From the NCBI GenBank assembly GCA_900544595.1, contig UQVQ01000003.1:10042-74041 (forward strand): a stretch of DNA of 64,000 nucleotides, written 5' to 3'. A model generated the notes under the pieces. It had not been told where the DNA came from, made no database searches, and worked only from the letters and a program-made list of their open reading frames with translations. The first letter of the stretch is position 1. The number at the start of each line of letters is the position of its first letter. Position numbers and translations under genes: made by a program. Source of the DNA: an uncultured Bacillota bacterium (GTDB lineage Bacteria > Bacillota > Clostridia > Christensenellales > UBA1242). Shown here one piece after another: positions 36,215 through 44,779 of the stretch.

Positions 36215-36997
36215 TTAAACGCGATTTAAGTTAAATTTGTTCCATGGGTCTTTTTCGGAAGGAGGAAGAACCGTGAAACTCATTTTTTCTTTTGTTGTTG
36301 GATGAACAAATTCAAGTTTATACGCCCAAAGAGCAAGGTCGCTTGTTTTTCCTTCTTTCGCGCCATACTTCCCGTCGCCATAAACTGGGGCTTTCAAATT
36401 CGCAAACTGAACGCGAATTTGGTGTCCGCGCCCTGTTAAAAGTTGAACTTTTGCTAGGGTTAAAGTTTTTGAAAGTTCTCTTGCTTGTTTTGGAGCGCGT
36501 TCCTCCAAAGAATTTTCGTTAATTTTTTGGCTTGGCGCAAGGTTAACATCTTTATATTCTTTTTCAACTTCAACAATTTCATAAACAAGTTCTGCTCTTT
36601 TTGCGCCCTGCTCTCCCATTGGCGCAACGCGAACAATGTTTTTTTCTTCGTCTTTTTTAAGATAGTTAACAACATGTTTTGTTTTTAAAGGAAGTTGCCC
36701 CTCCAAAACTGTTAAATATTCTTTTTTAAGTGTTCCGTCTTGAATTTCCTTGCAAAGTCTTGAAGCGGCTTTTGATGTTTTTGCAAAAACCATAACTCCG
36801 CCCGTTGGTCTGTCAAGCCTATGAACTAAACCAACATAAACATTCCCAGGTTTGTTATATTTCTCTTTGATATATTGCTTAACAAGCGAAAGCAAGTCTA
36901 TGTCGCCGCTCTCATCTTCTTGTGTTGGAATGTTTTGCGGTTTAATAACAACAATAATGTGATTATCCTCATAAATGATGTCTAAATTCTCGTTCAT
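36215..36997 (-). CDS. RluA-family pseudouridine synthase (no S4 domain)
   Basis: HRLDRPTGGVMVFAKT and GRGHQIRVQFANLKAPVYGDGKYG. Confidence 0.85.
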   Translation of the reverse strand: MNENLDIIYEDNHIIVVIKPQNIPTQEDESGDIDLLSLVKQYIKEKYNKPGNVYVGLVHRLDRPTGGVMVFAKTSKAASRLCKEIQDGTLKKEYLTVLEGQLPLKTKHVVNYLKKDEEKNIVRVAPMGEQGAKRAELVYEIVEVEKEYKDVNLAPSQKINENSLEERAPKQARELSKTLTLAKVQLLTGRGHQIRVQFANLKAPVYGDGKYGAKEGKTSDLALWAYKLEFVHPTTKEKMSFTVLPPSEKDPWNKFNLNRV

Positions 36998-37006
36998 AAT
37001 TTCTCC

Positions 37007-37864
37007 TTAAAAAGTTAAAAGTCCGCTTGCGCCGCATGGCAAAATGATTCCTTCGTCGGTTGGAAGCCCAACTTCATAAGCTTCACATTCCGCATTTTTG
37101 TTTTTTGCGTTAAGAAGCAAAATGTTTTTAATAACTTGAGGTTGAAGCCCGGTTGTGTAGGAATTTATTAAAACGAAAAGCGGATTATCGCTTAAAACTT
37201 TAAAGCAAAGATTAACAAATTCAAACAAGTTTTCTTCAATTTTCCAAATTTCGCCGCTTGGACCGCGTCCATAGGAAGGAGGGTCCATAATTATTGCGTC
37301 ATATTTGTTTCCTCGGCGAATTTCCCTTTCAACAAATTTTTTGCAATCTTCAACAATAAAGCGAACGGGCTTTTCTTTAAGGTTTGAAAGCGCAAGGTTT
37401 TCTTTCGCGCGCTCAACCATTCCTTTGCTTGAATCAATATGAACAACGCTTGCCCCTGCGCTTGCACAAGCAACCGATGCCCCGCCGGTGTAGGCAAAAA
37501 GGTTAAGAACTTTAATTTCGCGATTTGCGCCTTGAATTAGGTCAATCATTTTTGCCCAGTTAACAGCTTGTTCTGGGAAAAGCCCAGTGTGTTTAAATCC
37601 CATTGGTTTAACAAGGAATTTAAGGTTGCGCCAAGAAACTTTCCATTCGTTTGGCATTGGCAAAAGATTTTCCCAATAGCCGCCGCCTGTTGATTCTCGA
37701 ACATATCTTGCGTTAAGTCCTTTTTCTTTTGAAAGGTCTTTTTGCGCAGGCCAAATAACTTGAGGGTCGGGACGAAGTAGTTTAACATTTCCCCATCTCT
37801 CAAGTTTTTCGCCGTTTCCGGTTGCAATTATTTCATAATCTTTCCATTCGGTGTTAATTTGCAT
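37007..37864 (-). CDS. Class I SAM-dependent RNA methyltransferase (RlmI/RlmK-like catalytic domain)
   Basis: VLNLFAYTGGASVACASAGA (motif I) and IIMDPPSYGRG (DPP[SF]Y motif IV). Confidence 0.7.
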   Translation of the reverse strand: MQINTEWKDYEIIATGNGEKLERWGNVKLLRPDPQVIWPAQKDLSKEKGLNARYVRESTGGGYWENLLPMPNEWKVSWRNLKFLVKPMGFKHTGLFPEQAVNWAKMIDLIQGANREIKVLNLFAYTGGASVACASAGASVVHIDSSKGMVERAKENLALSNLKEKPVRFIVEDCKKFVEREIRRGNKYDAIIMDPPSYGRGPSGEIWKIEENLFEFVNLCFKVLSDNPLFVLINSYTTGLQPQVIKNILLLNAKNKNAECEAYEVGLPTDEGIILPCGASGLLTF

Positions 37865-40800
37865 TTTGCCCCTTAAGTTTAATTAAAACTTTTTCTTCTT
37901 GAATTTCAACTTCTTTTTCAATTGTTGGATTTTGAATGTCCTCTAAAATGTTCTTACCCAAAACTTCGGCTTTAATTCTTTCGGCATACTTTGCAATAAC
38001 TTTTTGCAATGTTTCGCTTTCGGTTTTTAAAGAAACATCAATTCTTTCTTCAACCTTGAAATTTGCTTCTTTTCTTAAAACTTGAATTGTTCTTATAAGT
38101 TCTCTTGAAAGCCCTTCAAGCATAAGATTTTCGTCAATTGTTATGTCTAGAACAACCGTCATATCATTTTCTGTTGCAATAACATAATCTGGCTTTGCTT
38201 TATAGGAAACAATGAAAAGGTTGCTTGGAAGGTCTTTAAATTCCCCAATTGAAACTTTGCCTTCAGAGTGCATTTTTGTTAACTCTTTCATTTCTTCTTC
38301 GCTTGCTTCCAAAAGAAGATTTTTAACTTTTTGAACATCTCCTTTCAAAACTGCGCCTGCTTTTTTGAAATCAACAGTTAAGAACGCATCGTTAAATTTC
38401 GAGTTATCAGTTTCAAAAACAATTTCTTTAATGTTAAGTTCGTCTTTAATTATTGGCTCAAAACCTAAAATTCCTTCTTTAACATCTTCTTTAACAATTA
38501 AGAACATCGTTTTAAGAGGTTGTTTAACTTTAATTTGATTTTCGTTTCTAAGACGTTGCGCAATTGCAATAATTTCTCTTGCGTCTTCTGTTTGCTTATC
38601 TAAGCGACCAAAACGAACGCTCCCAACTTTTGGGAAAGATGCAAGGAAGATGCTTTCTGCTTCGTCTTTTTCAATTTCACGAACCATATTTTGCCAAATA
38701 TATTCAGTTAAGAAAGGAAGAATTGGGCTCATAACACGGCAAACAGTTTTGAGAGCGTTATATAAGCTCCAATATGCATTAAGTTTATCCTTTTCATCGT
38801 CCGATTTCCAAAATCTTCGACGGTTAACACGAATATACCAATTTGTTAAGTTATCGATGAAGTTTTCAAAATCTTTAACAACCAAGAAATATTTGTTATT
38901 TTCATAATTTTCGATTGAATTCTCAATAAATTTATTGCATTCCTCCAAAAGCCATTTATCTGTTATATCAAACTTACCAAAATCTGGCTTGAAAGCAGCA
39001 ATGTTTGGATTGTCGATTAAAGCATATGTGTTAAAGAAAACATATGCATTCCAAAGCCCAAGGAGTTTTCTCTTAACTTCGTCGCAAATTCCAAAGCCAA
39101 AACGAGTGTCGTTAAGCATATTATTTGATGCGAAAATATATCTAATAACATCTGCGCCAGTTTTTGAAACAAGGTCGGAGAATGAAATGTTGTTTGGCCC
39201 CGATTTCGAGAATTTTGAGCCATCTTCTGCAACAAGCATTGCAAAGCCAATAACCTTTTTATATGGCGCGCGGCCTTCAAGCGTAACCGCCATAAACAAA
39301 AGCGAATAGAACCACAAACGAATTTGCTCTTTCATTTCAATAACGCATTCTGCTGGGAAATTCTTTTTCCAGAATTCTTTATCTGTGAAATATTTTTTAG
39401 TGCTGAAAGGTGTTATTCCTGCGTCAAGCCAGCAATCGCCAACTTCGCTAACTCTTTCAACTTCCTGTCCGCAATGTGGACAACGAATTTTAATGTTGTC
39501 GATGTATGGACGGTGAAGATGTGGGAGAGCGTTAACTTCTTCTTCGCTTGAAAGTTTTTTAAGTTCGTCCAAACTTCCAACAACTGTTAATTTCCCGCAA
39601 TGTTTGCAGCGATAGAATGGAAGAGGAAGTCCATAGAAACGTTTTCTTGAAATATTCCAATCTCCCATGTTGTTAAGCCAATCGAGCATACGTTTTTTCA
39701 TAAACTCTGGTTGCCAGGTTACTGTGTCAACAGCTTCAATTAAAAGAGGACGAATTTCGTCGGCTTTAATATACCATTCTTTTGTTAAACGGAAAATTAA
39801 AGGATTTTTGCAGCGCCAACAAATTGGATAGCGGTGTTTATATTTATGTGTGTAATAAAGTTTTCCGCGCAATTTAAGTTGTTCGAAAACATCGTCTGCA
39901 ACTTCTGTTGTGTTTTTCCCAGAAAGGAAGCCAAAATTTGAATAGAAAATTCCGCTTTCATCAACTGGGCAAATATTTTTAAGCCCAAGTTTTTGTCCAA
40001 GTTCGAAGTCCTCCGCTCCGCAGCCTGGTGCAATATGAACAGCGCCCGAACCTTCTTGCGCGTCAACTTGATCCCATGCAACAATTTTATGAATAAATTG
40101 TTGTTCTTCAAGTTCTTCAAAACAAGTTTCATATTCTTTTCCAACAAGTTCGCTTCCAAGAACTTCTTTTTCAACAGAAATTAAATCGTCTTTCAAAACT
40201 TTTAAAGCAGTTTTCCCAACAACTAAAAGTCTGCTGCTTGATTTAACTTTGCAAATGCAATATGTTAAATTTTCGTTAACTGCAATTGCAACGTTCGACG
40301 AAAGAGTCCAAGGCGTTGTTGTCCAAACAAGCATATCCAAATTGCTGTTTTTAATTGGAAGTTTAAAGAAAACAGCAGTGTGTTCCATGTCTTGATAGCT
40401 ATCGGCAAGTTCATGTTCGGAAAGCGAAGTTCCGCAGTGGGAACACCATGGCATTGGGCGATATTTTTCAATTAGCCACCCTTTTTCATAACATTTTTTA
40501 AGGAAATACCAAATTGTTGTTATGTTGGTGTCGGAATTTGTGAAATATGAATCGTCCCAATTCATCCATTGTCCAAGGCGTTTCGATTGGTTTGCAATTA
40601 TCCCAGCAAAATGATTAACACGTTCAATGCATGCTTCCGTGAATTTGTCCATTCCAAATTTCAAAATATCGCGCTTATCGTTAAGCCCAAGCGATTTTTC
40701 AACTCCAACTTCAACCCAAAGACCTTGCGCATCGAAACCATTTTGATAGTGCGCATCAAATCCTTGAAGCGCTTTATATCGAAGCATAATGTCTTTAAGC

Positions 40801-40988
40801 GACCTGTTCCAGCAATGGTGAAGCTTCATTTCGTTGTTTGCTGTTATTGGGCCGTCTAAAAAGGCATAATATTTTCCTGTTTTCTTATTTTTTTCTTGAA
40901 GTTTTTGAAAAATTTTGTTATCTTCCCAAAATTTCAAAACTTCTTCTTCGTTTTTTGCAAGCGATGGCATTGCAACTTCTTTTTTCAT
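37854..40988 (-). CDS. ileS: Isoleucyl-tRNA synthetase, long type-2-like form (1044 aa)
   Basis: FLDGPITANNEMKLHHCWNR (HIGH region), WTTTPWTL (editing domain), KFSKS (KMSKS). RBS TAGGAG. Confidence 0.93.
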   Translation of the reverse strand: MKKEVAMPSLAKNEEEVLKFWEDNKIFQKLQEKNKKTGKYYAFLDGPITANNEMKLHHCWNRSLKDIMLRYKALQGFDAHYQNGFDAQGLWVEVGVEKSLGLNDKRDILKFGMDKFTEACIERVNHFAGIIANQSKRLGQWMNWDDSYFTNSDTNITTIWYFLKKCYEKGWLIEKYRPMPWCSHCGTSLSEHELADSYQDMEHTAVFFKLPIKNSNLDMLVWTTTPWTLSSNVAIAVNENLTYCICKVKSSSRLLVVGKTALKVLKDDLISVEKEVLGSELVGKEYETCFEELEEQQFIHKIVAWDQVDAQEGSGAVHIAPGCGAEDFELGQKLGLKNICPVDESGIFYSNFGFLSGKNTTEVADDVFEQLKLRGKLYYTHKYKHRYPICWRCKNPLIFRLTKEWYIKADEIRPLLIEAVDTVTWQPEFMKKRMLDWLNNMGDWNISRKRFYGLPLPFYRCKHCGKLTVVGSLDELKKLSSEEEVNALPHLHRPYIDNIKIRCPHCGQEVERVSEVGDCWLDAGITPFSTKKYFTDKEFWKKNFPAECVIEMKEQIRLWFYSLLFMAVTLEGRAPYKKVIGFAMLVAEDGSKFSKSGPNNISFSDLVSKTGADVIRYIFASNNMLNDTRFGFGICDEVKRKLLGLWNAYVFFNTYALIDNPNIAAFKPDFGKFDITDKWLLEECNKFIENSIENYENNKYFLVVKDFENFIDNLTNWYIRVNRRRFWKSDDEKDKLNAYWSLYNALKTVCRVMSPILPFLTEYIWQNMVREIEKDEAESIFLASFPKVGSVRFGRLDKQTEDAREIIAIAQRLRNENQIKVKQPLKTMFLIVKEDVKEGILGFEPIIKDELNIKEIVFETDNSKFNDAFLTVDFKKAGAVLKGDVQKVKNLLLEASEEEMKELTKMHSEGKVSIGEFKDLPSNLFIVSYKAKPDYVIATENDMTVVLDITIDENLMLEGLSRELIRTIQVLRKEANFKVEERIDVSLKTESETLQKVIAKYAERIKAEVLGKNILEDIQNPTIEKEVEIQEEKVLIKLKGQNAN

Positions 40989-41013
40989 CTTAATCTCCTA
41001 GCTTAAAAAATAG

Positions 41014-41030
41014 AATGTAAAATTTACATT
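41014..41030. promoter_or_regulatory. Perfect 8-1-8 palindrome overlapping the predicted ileS transcription start (candidate operator)
   Basis: AATGTAAA-A-TTTACATT. A second overlapping inverted repeat is AGAATGT (41012-18) / ACATTCT (41033-39). Confidence 0.35.
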
Positions 41031-41034
41031 TCAC

Positions 41035-41063
41035 ATTCTACCACATCGTTTTTTTTATTGCAA
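41035..41063 (-). promoter_or_regulatory. Promoter of ileS
   Basis: On the minus strand: TTGCAA, 17 nt ending TGg, TAGAAT. Confidence 0.6.
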
Positions 41064-41102
41064 TTAAATTACATTATTTTTATTACGTTATATATAGCGA
41101 GA

Positions 41103-41582
41103 TTAGAAAGTTTGGTCGTTGTTAAATTGATTTTTAATGCTTTTAATTGAGTTTTGTCGGCTTATTCTATCATTTCTGCTTGAAATATAGGATTTATAGC
41201 ACTTGTCGGTTAAAGCATGAACAATTTCGTCGCGGTCAACAATTCTTGTTCTAAAATTCAAATCTGCCCCGTCTTTAAGTTCGTCCGAAACTTTTTCATA
41301 TGTTGAAACCATATCTCTAAATCTTGAGCCTAGTTCAACAAAGTTTTTTTCATTAAATTTTTCTTCTGGCGTTCGCCCGAAAACAATAAATTGTTTTTTG
41401 CTTTGGCTGAAAACAATATCAATTTTTGGACTGAAAATTGAAATAAATCCTCTGTCTAAAAGTGCAGTGAGCGCTATTAAGTTGTTAAGCGTTGTTTCCA
41501 AAGTTGGGTCTTGTAAAATTGAGTCTTCAAAAAAGTTTATAAGTCTTCTGTCGTCCATTTTGTAAATTTCGTTTTCTGTCAT
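41103..41582 (-). CDS. Hypothetical protein (159 aa)
   Basis: ORF downstream of era. I prefer the ATG at 41582 (MTENEIYK) after GGAGG. No family recognised. Confidence 0.55.
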   Translation of the reverse strand: MTENEIYKMDDRRLINFFEDSILQDPTLETTLNNLIALTALLDRGFISIFSPKIDIVFSQSKKQFIVFGRTPEEKFNEKNFVELGSRFRDMVSTYEKVSDELKDGADLNFRTRIVDRDEIVHALTDKCYKSYISSRNDRISRQNSIKSIKNQFNNDQTF

Positions 41583-41640
41583 ACAAACCTCCATTTCTTT
41601 AATATTTTATCATTTCTTGAAAAGTTGTCAATATCCCAAT

Positions 41641-42507
41641 TTAAAAGCCATTTGCGGAAATAAAGTTTTGTTTGTTTCGCCAATCTTTTTCAACTTTAAC
41701 AAAAAGTTTAAGCATAACTTTTTTCCCTAAAAATTTTTCCATATCAATTCTTGCGCTTGTTCCAATTCGTTTAAGACTTTCGCCGCCTTTTCCAATTATG
41801 ATTGACTTATGCGATTCTTTTTCACAAATTATATCAATTGAAATTTCGGCTTTCTTTTCGCTTTCTTCAAATGAAACAACTTCGCAGAAAACGCCGTGTG
41901 GGATTTCCTCGTTTGTGAAGTTTAAAATCTTTTCGCGAACAATTTCCGAACAGAAAAATTTAACTGGCCTGTCGGTTAATTCATCCTCTTTGAAAATCAT
42001 TTCGTTTGAAGGAAGCAAGGAGATAATTGCGTCTTTAAGCATTCCAAGATTTTTCTTTTTCTTGGATGAAAAAGGAACAATTGCTTTTGCATCAATTTCG
42101 TTTAATTTAACCAAATTTTCTGCAAGTTTTTCAGGAGTTGTCAGGTCGATTTTGCTAACCCCAATAACCAAATTCCCAAGACTTGAAATTGCCTTAACAT
42201 TTTCAATTTCTTCGTTTGAAAAAGCTTTTGAGCCGTCAATCAAATAAACAACAACATCTGCTCCTTCTCTTGCGTTTCGAACGCTTTTGTTCATTGCTTT
42301 GTCAAGCCAATTTTGGCTTTTGTGAATTCCAGGGGTGTCGATGAAAACAATTTGAAAGTTTTTTTCGGTTAAAACCCCAAGAATATTGTTCCTTGTTGTT
42401 TGTTTTTTATGGGAAACAATGTTAAGCTTAACGCCCAAAAGTTCGTTAATTAACGTGCTTTTCCCTGCATTTGTTCTTCCAATAACAGCAACATATCCTG
42501 CTTTCAT
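41641..42507 (-). CDS. era: GTPase Era
   Basis: GRTNAGKSTLIN (G1), DTPG (G3), C-terminal KH domain (IIGKGGESLKRIG). Confidence 0.95.
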   Translation of the reverse strand: MKAGYVAVIGRTNAGKSTLINELLGVKLNIVSHKKQTTRNNILGVLTEKNFQIVFIDTPGIHKSQNWLDKAMNKSVRNAREGADVVVYLIDGSKAFSNEEIENVKAISSLGNLVIGVSKIDLTTPEKLAENLVKLNEIDAKAIVPFSSKKKKNLGMLKDAIISLLPSNEMIFKEDELTDRPVKFFCSEIVREKILNFTNEEIPHGVFCEVVSFEESEKKAEISIDIICEKESHKSIIIGKGGESLKRIGTSARIDMEKFLGKKVMLKLFVKVEKDWRNKQNFISANGF

Positions 42508-42956
42508 CTTTCAACTCCGTTTTCGCTTAAAATTTCATTCGCAAGTTTCATCATCTTTTCTTCGTCGGCTTTTTCAATGTGGTCATATCCCATAATATGC
42601 AAAAATCCGTGAAGAGAAAGGAAACAAAGTTCTCTTTTTAAACTATGTCCATATTCCTTTGCTTGCTTTCTTGCAATACTTTTGCAAATTGCAATGTCGC
42701 CAAGAAAAACATCGTCGTCTTCAAAAAATTCTTCTTTTGGAATTTCATAGTTTGGAAAGGAAAGGACATCTGTAACTCGGTTGATGTTTCGAAATTCATT
42801 GTTTAATTTTTGAATTTCCTCTTCTGAAACAAATTTAACATTTGCGAAAAAGTTTTTGTTTAAAGAATAGTTCTTTTCGACCGCATCGCTGAAAAGTTTT
42901 GTTGCAATTTTTTTGTAACATGGAGAAAAAACGTTTGTAAAATACACTTTATTCAT
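42504..42956 (-). CDS. ybeY: rRNA maturation endoribonuclease YbeY
   Basis: HGFLHIMGYDH zinc motif. Confidence 0.93.
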   Translation of the reverse strand: MNKVYFTNVFSPCYKKIATKLFSDAVEKNYSLNKNFFANVKFVSEEEIQKLNNEFRNINRVTDVLSFPNYEIPKEEFFEDDDVFLGDIAICKSIARKQAKEYGHSLKRELCFLSLHGFLHIMGYDHIEKADEEKMMKLANEILSENGVER

Positions 42957-42977
42957 ATAAATAGTTTATCACAAAAT

Positions 42978-44153
42978 TTAAAATGAAACAATTCTTTCAA
43001 CACAAATAACATAGTCAACAATTGTTCTTCCGTCTTTTTCTGTTATAACGAAGTTTTCATAAACAACATTATCGTCTTCTTTTTTCCTTGCCATGGCAAG
43101 TTTTTTCGCCTCTTCAATTTTTTGGTTTTTAACTTCCGAAAAGTTTTGCGTTAAAGTAACTTCTTCAAGTTCATAATATGTTAAAATGATGTATTTAAGC
43201 GGCAAAACAGAGTTTGAAAGATAGGTTTCATTTCTTTCAACTTCATATTTTTCAAAAGGAATTTCTGCTTTTGTTGTAACAATTTCCTTATCCAAAAAAC
43301 TCATTATTCTTTCCGAAACACTTCTTCCCGTTCGAACTTCCGTTTTGGAATATTCTTTATGTTCGCTTTGCCCCGCAAGCAAAAACTCAAATGTTATTTC
43401 CGCTTTTGGCTGGGTTGGAATTCGTTTGCCGCTGCTGTCAACAATATATGGTGCAACAAGTGCGTCGCCCGCTCGAACCTTATCTCCTGCTTTAACAAGC
43501 AAAGTTCCTTGAATAAGTTTGATGTTTTTAATTGTCCCGTCCTCGCCCGCCAAAATTGCGCCAACTTTAAACTCATCATCAATTTCATCGCTTATAAGCT
43601 TTTCTTTTAAATTGATAATTATTGAAGTTCCTTTTTTAACAACGCTAACCATGCTAACATCGTTAAAATTCTCCAAAATTATGTTTTCAATTTGTTCGTT
43701 TGTTTTTGAGTTCAATGGCGAAAAAATTGAAACACCATTTTCATTTAATACGCTTTCAATTTCATTTGAATCAACTCTTTCGTTTCCAAAAACTTCAATT
43801 CTCCAAACATAGTTTGAAGCAACAACATAAAAACAAAAACAAAGGAAAACTCCAATTATAATTCCAAAGCGAACGCTAAAAAATTTGAGCGGACGCGCAA
43901 GCCCGTTATATTCCTTTTTTGAAACTGAAAAATTTTTGGATTTTAAAAAATTCTCAACCGCTTTTTCGTTTTCAATTCCAACTTCAAGACGCGAATTTTT
44001 AATATCAAGTTTTTCGGCGCTGTAAATTTCAACGCCTTTGTTTGAAAGAACATTAAGCCACCTTTCAAAATTATAGCCCAAAAGAGAAAAGGTTACGCTC
44101 GACCTTTTGCTTCTCTTTTCTTTTTTTGCCCTTTTAAAAAATTTGAATTTCAA
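42978..44153 (-). CDS. yqfD: Sporulation protein YqfD-like
   Basis: It follows yqfC. VTFSLLGYNFERWLNVLSNKGVEIY resembles the YqfD N-terminus, and there is a central TM FGIIIGVFLCFCFYVVA. The start is uncertain: I chose the TTG at 44153 just after the yqfC stop (GAGG 9 nt upstream); the track start is at 44237. Confidence 0.7.
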   Translation of the reverse strand: MKFKFFKRAKKEKRSKRSSVTFSLLGYNFERWLNVLSNKGVEIYSAEKLDIKNSRLEVGIENEKAVENFLKSKNFSVSKKEYNGLARPLKFFSVRFGIIIGVFLCFCFYVVASNYVWRIEVFGNERVDSNEIESVLNENGVSIFSPLNSKTNEQIENIILENFNDVSMVSVVKKGTSIIINLKEKLISDEIDDEFKVGAILAGEDGTIKNIKLIQGTLLVKAGDKVRAGDALVAPYIVDSSGKRIPTQPKAEITFEFLLAGQSEHKEYSKTEVRTGRSVSERIMSFLDKEIVTTKAEIPFEKYEVERNETYLSNSVLPLKYIILTYYELEEVTLTQNFSEVKNQKIEEAKKLAMARKKEDDNVVYENFVITEKDGRTIVDYVICVERIVSF

Positions 44154-44154
44154 T

Positions 44155-44412
44155 TCAGTTCGCCTCAATTTTGTCAATATTTCCAGCAATGCAAATTGTT
44201 TGATTCCCCATTTCTTTAAGTTGAAGTCCGCTTCCAAAAACGCTTATGATTTTGCCTTTAACCTTGAACATAATTTGCTCTTTTGAAAGCTTAACAAGCC
44301 CTTTTGTTCCCTCAGCATAAACCGCCTTGCCGCTTGTTACAACAATGTTATAATCCCCTTCGGCAAACGGAATTTTAAGTTCTTTTTTAATTTCCGAAAA
44401 AAAGTTAAACAT
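44155..44412 (-). CDS. yqfC: Sporulation protein YqfC-like (85 aa)
   Basis: MFNFFSEIKKELKIP...NIVVTSGKAVYAEGTKGLVKLSKEQIMFKVKGKIISVFGSGLQLKEM. I chose the ATG at 44412; the longer track ORF overlaps the divergent gene. Confidence 0.7.
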   Translation of the reverse strand: MFNFFSEIKKELKIPFAEGDYNIVVTSGKAVYAEGTKGLVKLSKEQIMFKVKGKIISVFGSGLQLKEMGNQTICIAGNIDKIEAN

Positions 44413-44430
44413 AATTTTTCCCTTTCTTTT

Positions 44431-44461
44431 TAACCTATGCCATAAAAGAATAAAATAGACT
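44431..44461 (-). promoter_or_regulatory. Possible sporulation-sigma (sigE/sigK-type) promoter of yqfC-yqfD
   Basis: On the minus strand: GTCTATTT, 13 nt, CATAGGTTA. The -10 box resembles CATAnnnTA / CATACAnT. Confidence 0.3.
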
Positions 44462-44511
44462 TTTTTGCAAACACTAATGTTAAGCAAAAAGCTTAAAAGG
44501 AGAAAACAAAA

Positions 44512-44709
44512 ATGAAAGAGGGATTTATTGTTGGACTTATGGTTGGAGGGTTTGTTGGAATTGTTCTCCATAAATATTGCAAACAAGTTCAAGACCTTGC
44601 CGACGAAGGCGAAAGTATGGTTAAGGACGAAATTAAAATGATCAAAAAGGAAGCAAATAAAGTTAAAAAAAATCTCAATAATTCAAAAAATAAAACTCAA
44701 AATGCATAA
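44512..44709 (+). CDS. Small YtxH-like membrane protein
   Basis: 65 aa, RBS AAAGGAGAA, N-terminal TM FIVGLMVGGFVGIVL followed by a charged helix. Confidence 0.45.
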   Translation: MKEGFIVGLMVGGFVGIVLHKYCKQVQDLADEGESMVKDEIKMIKKEANKVKKNLNNSKNKTQNA

Positions 44710-44717
44710 AAAACAAT

Positions 44718-44748
44718 AAAAAATCACGAAAAAATCGTGATTTTTTTA
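44718..44748. terminator. Bidirectional terminator (ytxH-like gene / clpC)
   Basis: AATCACGA-AAAAA-TCGTGATT flanked by A-runs and T-runs. Confidence 0.8.
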
Positions 44749-44779
44749 ATTTTTTAACTTATTTTGCTAAATTTTGCTT

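Noticed and set aside
44413-44592. Long N-terminal extension of the yqfC ORF (145 aa in the track).
   Set aside because: The extension is antisense to the YtxH-like gene and its RBS, and it encodes a non-conserved hydrophobic stretch. A canonical 85-aa YqfC starts at the ATG at 44412, which has an RBS.
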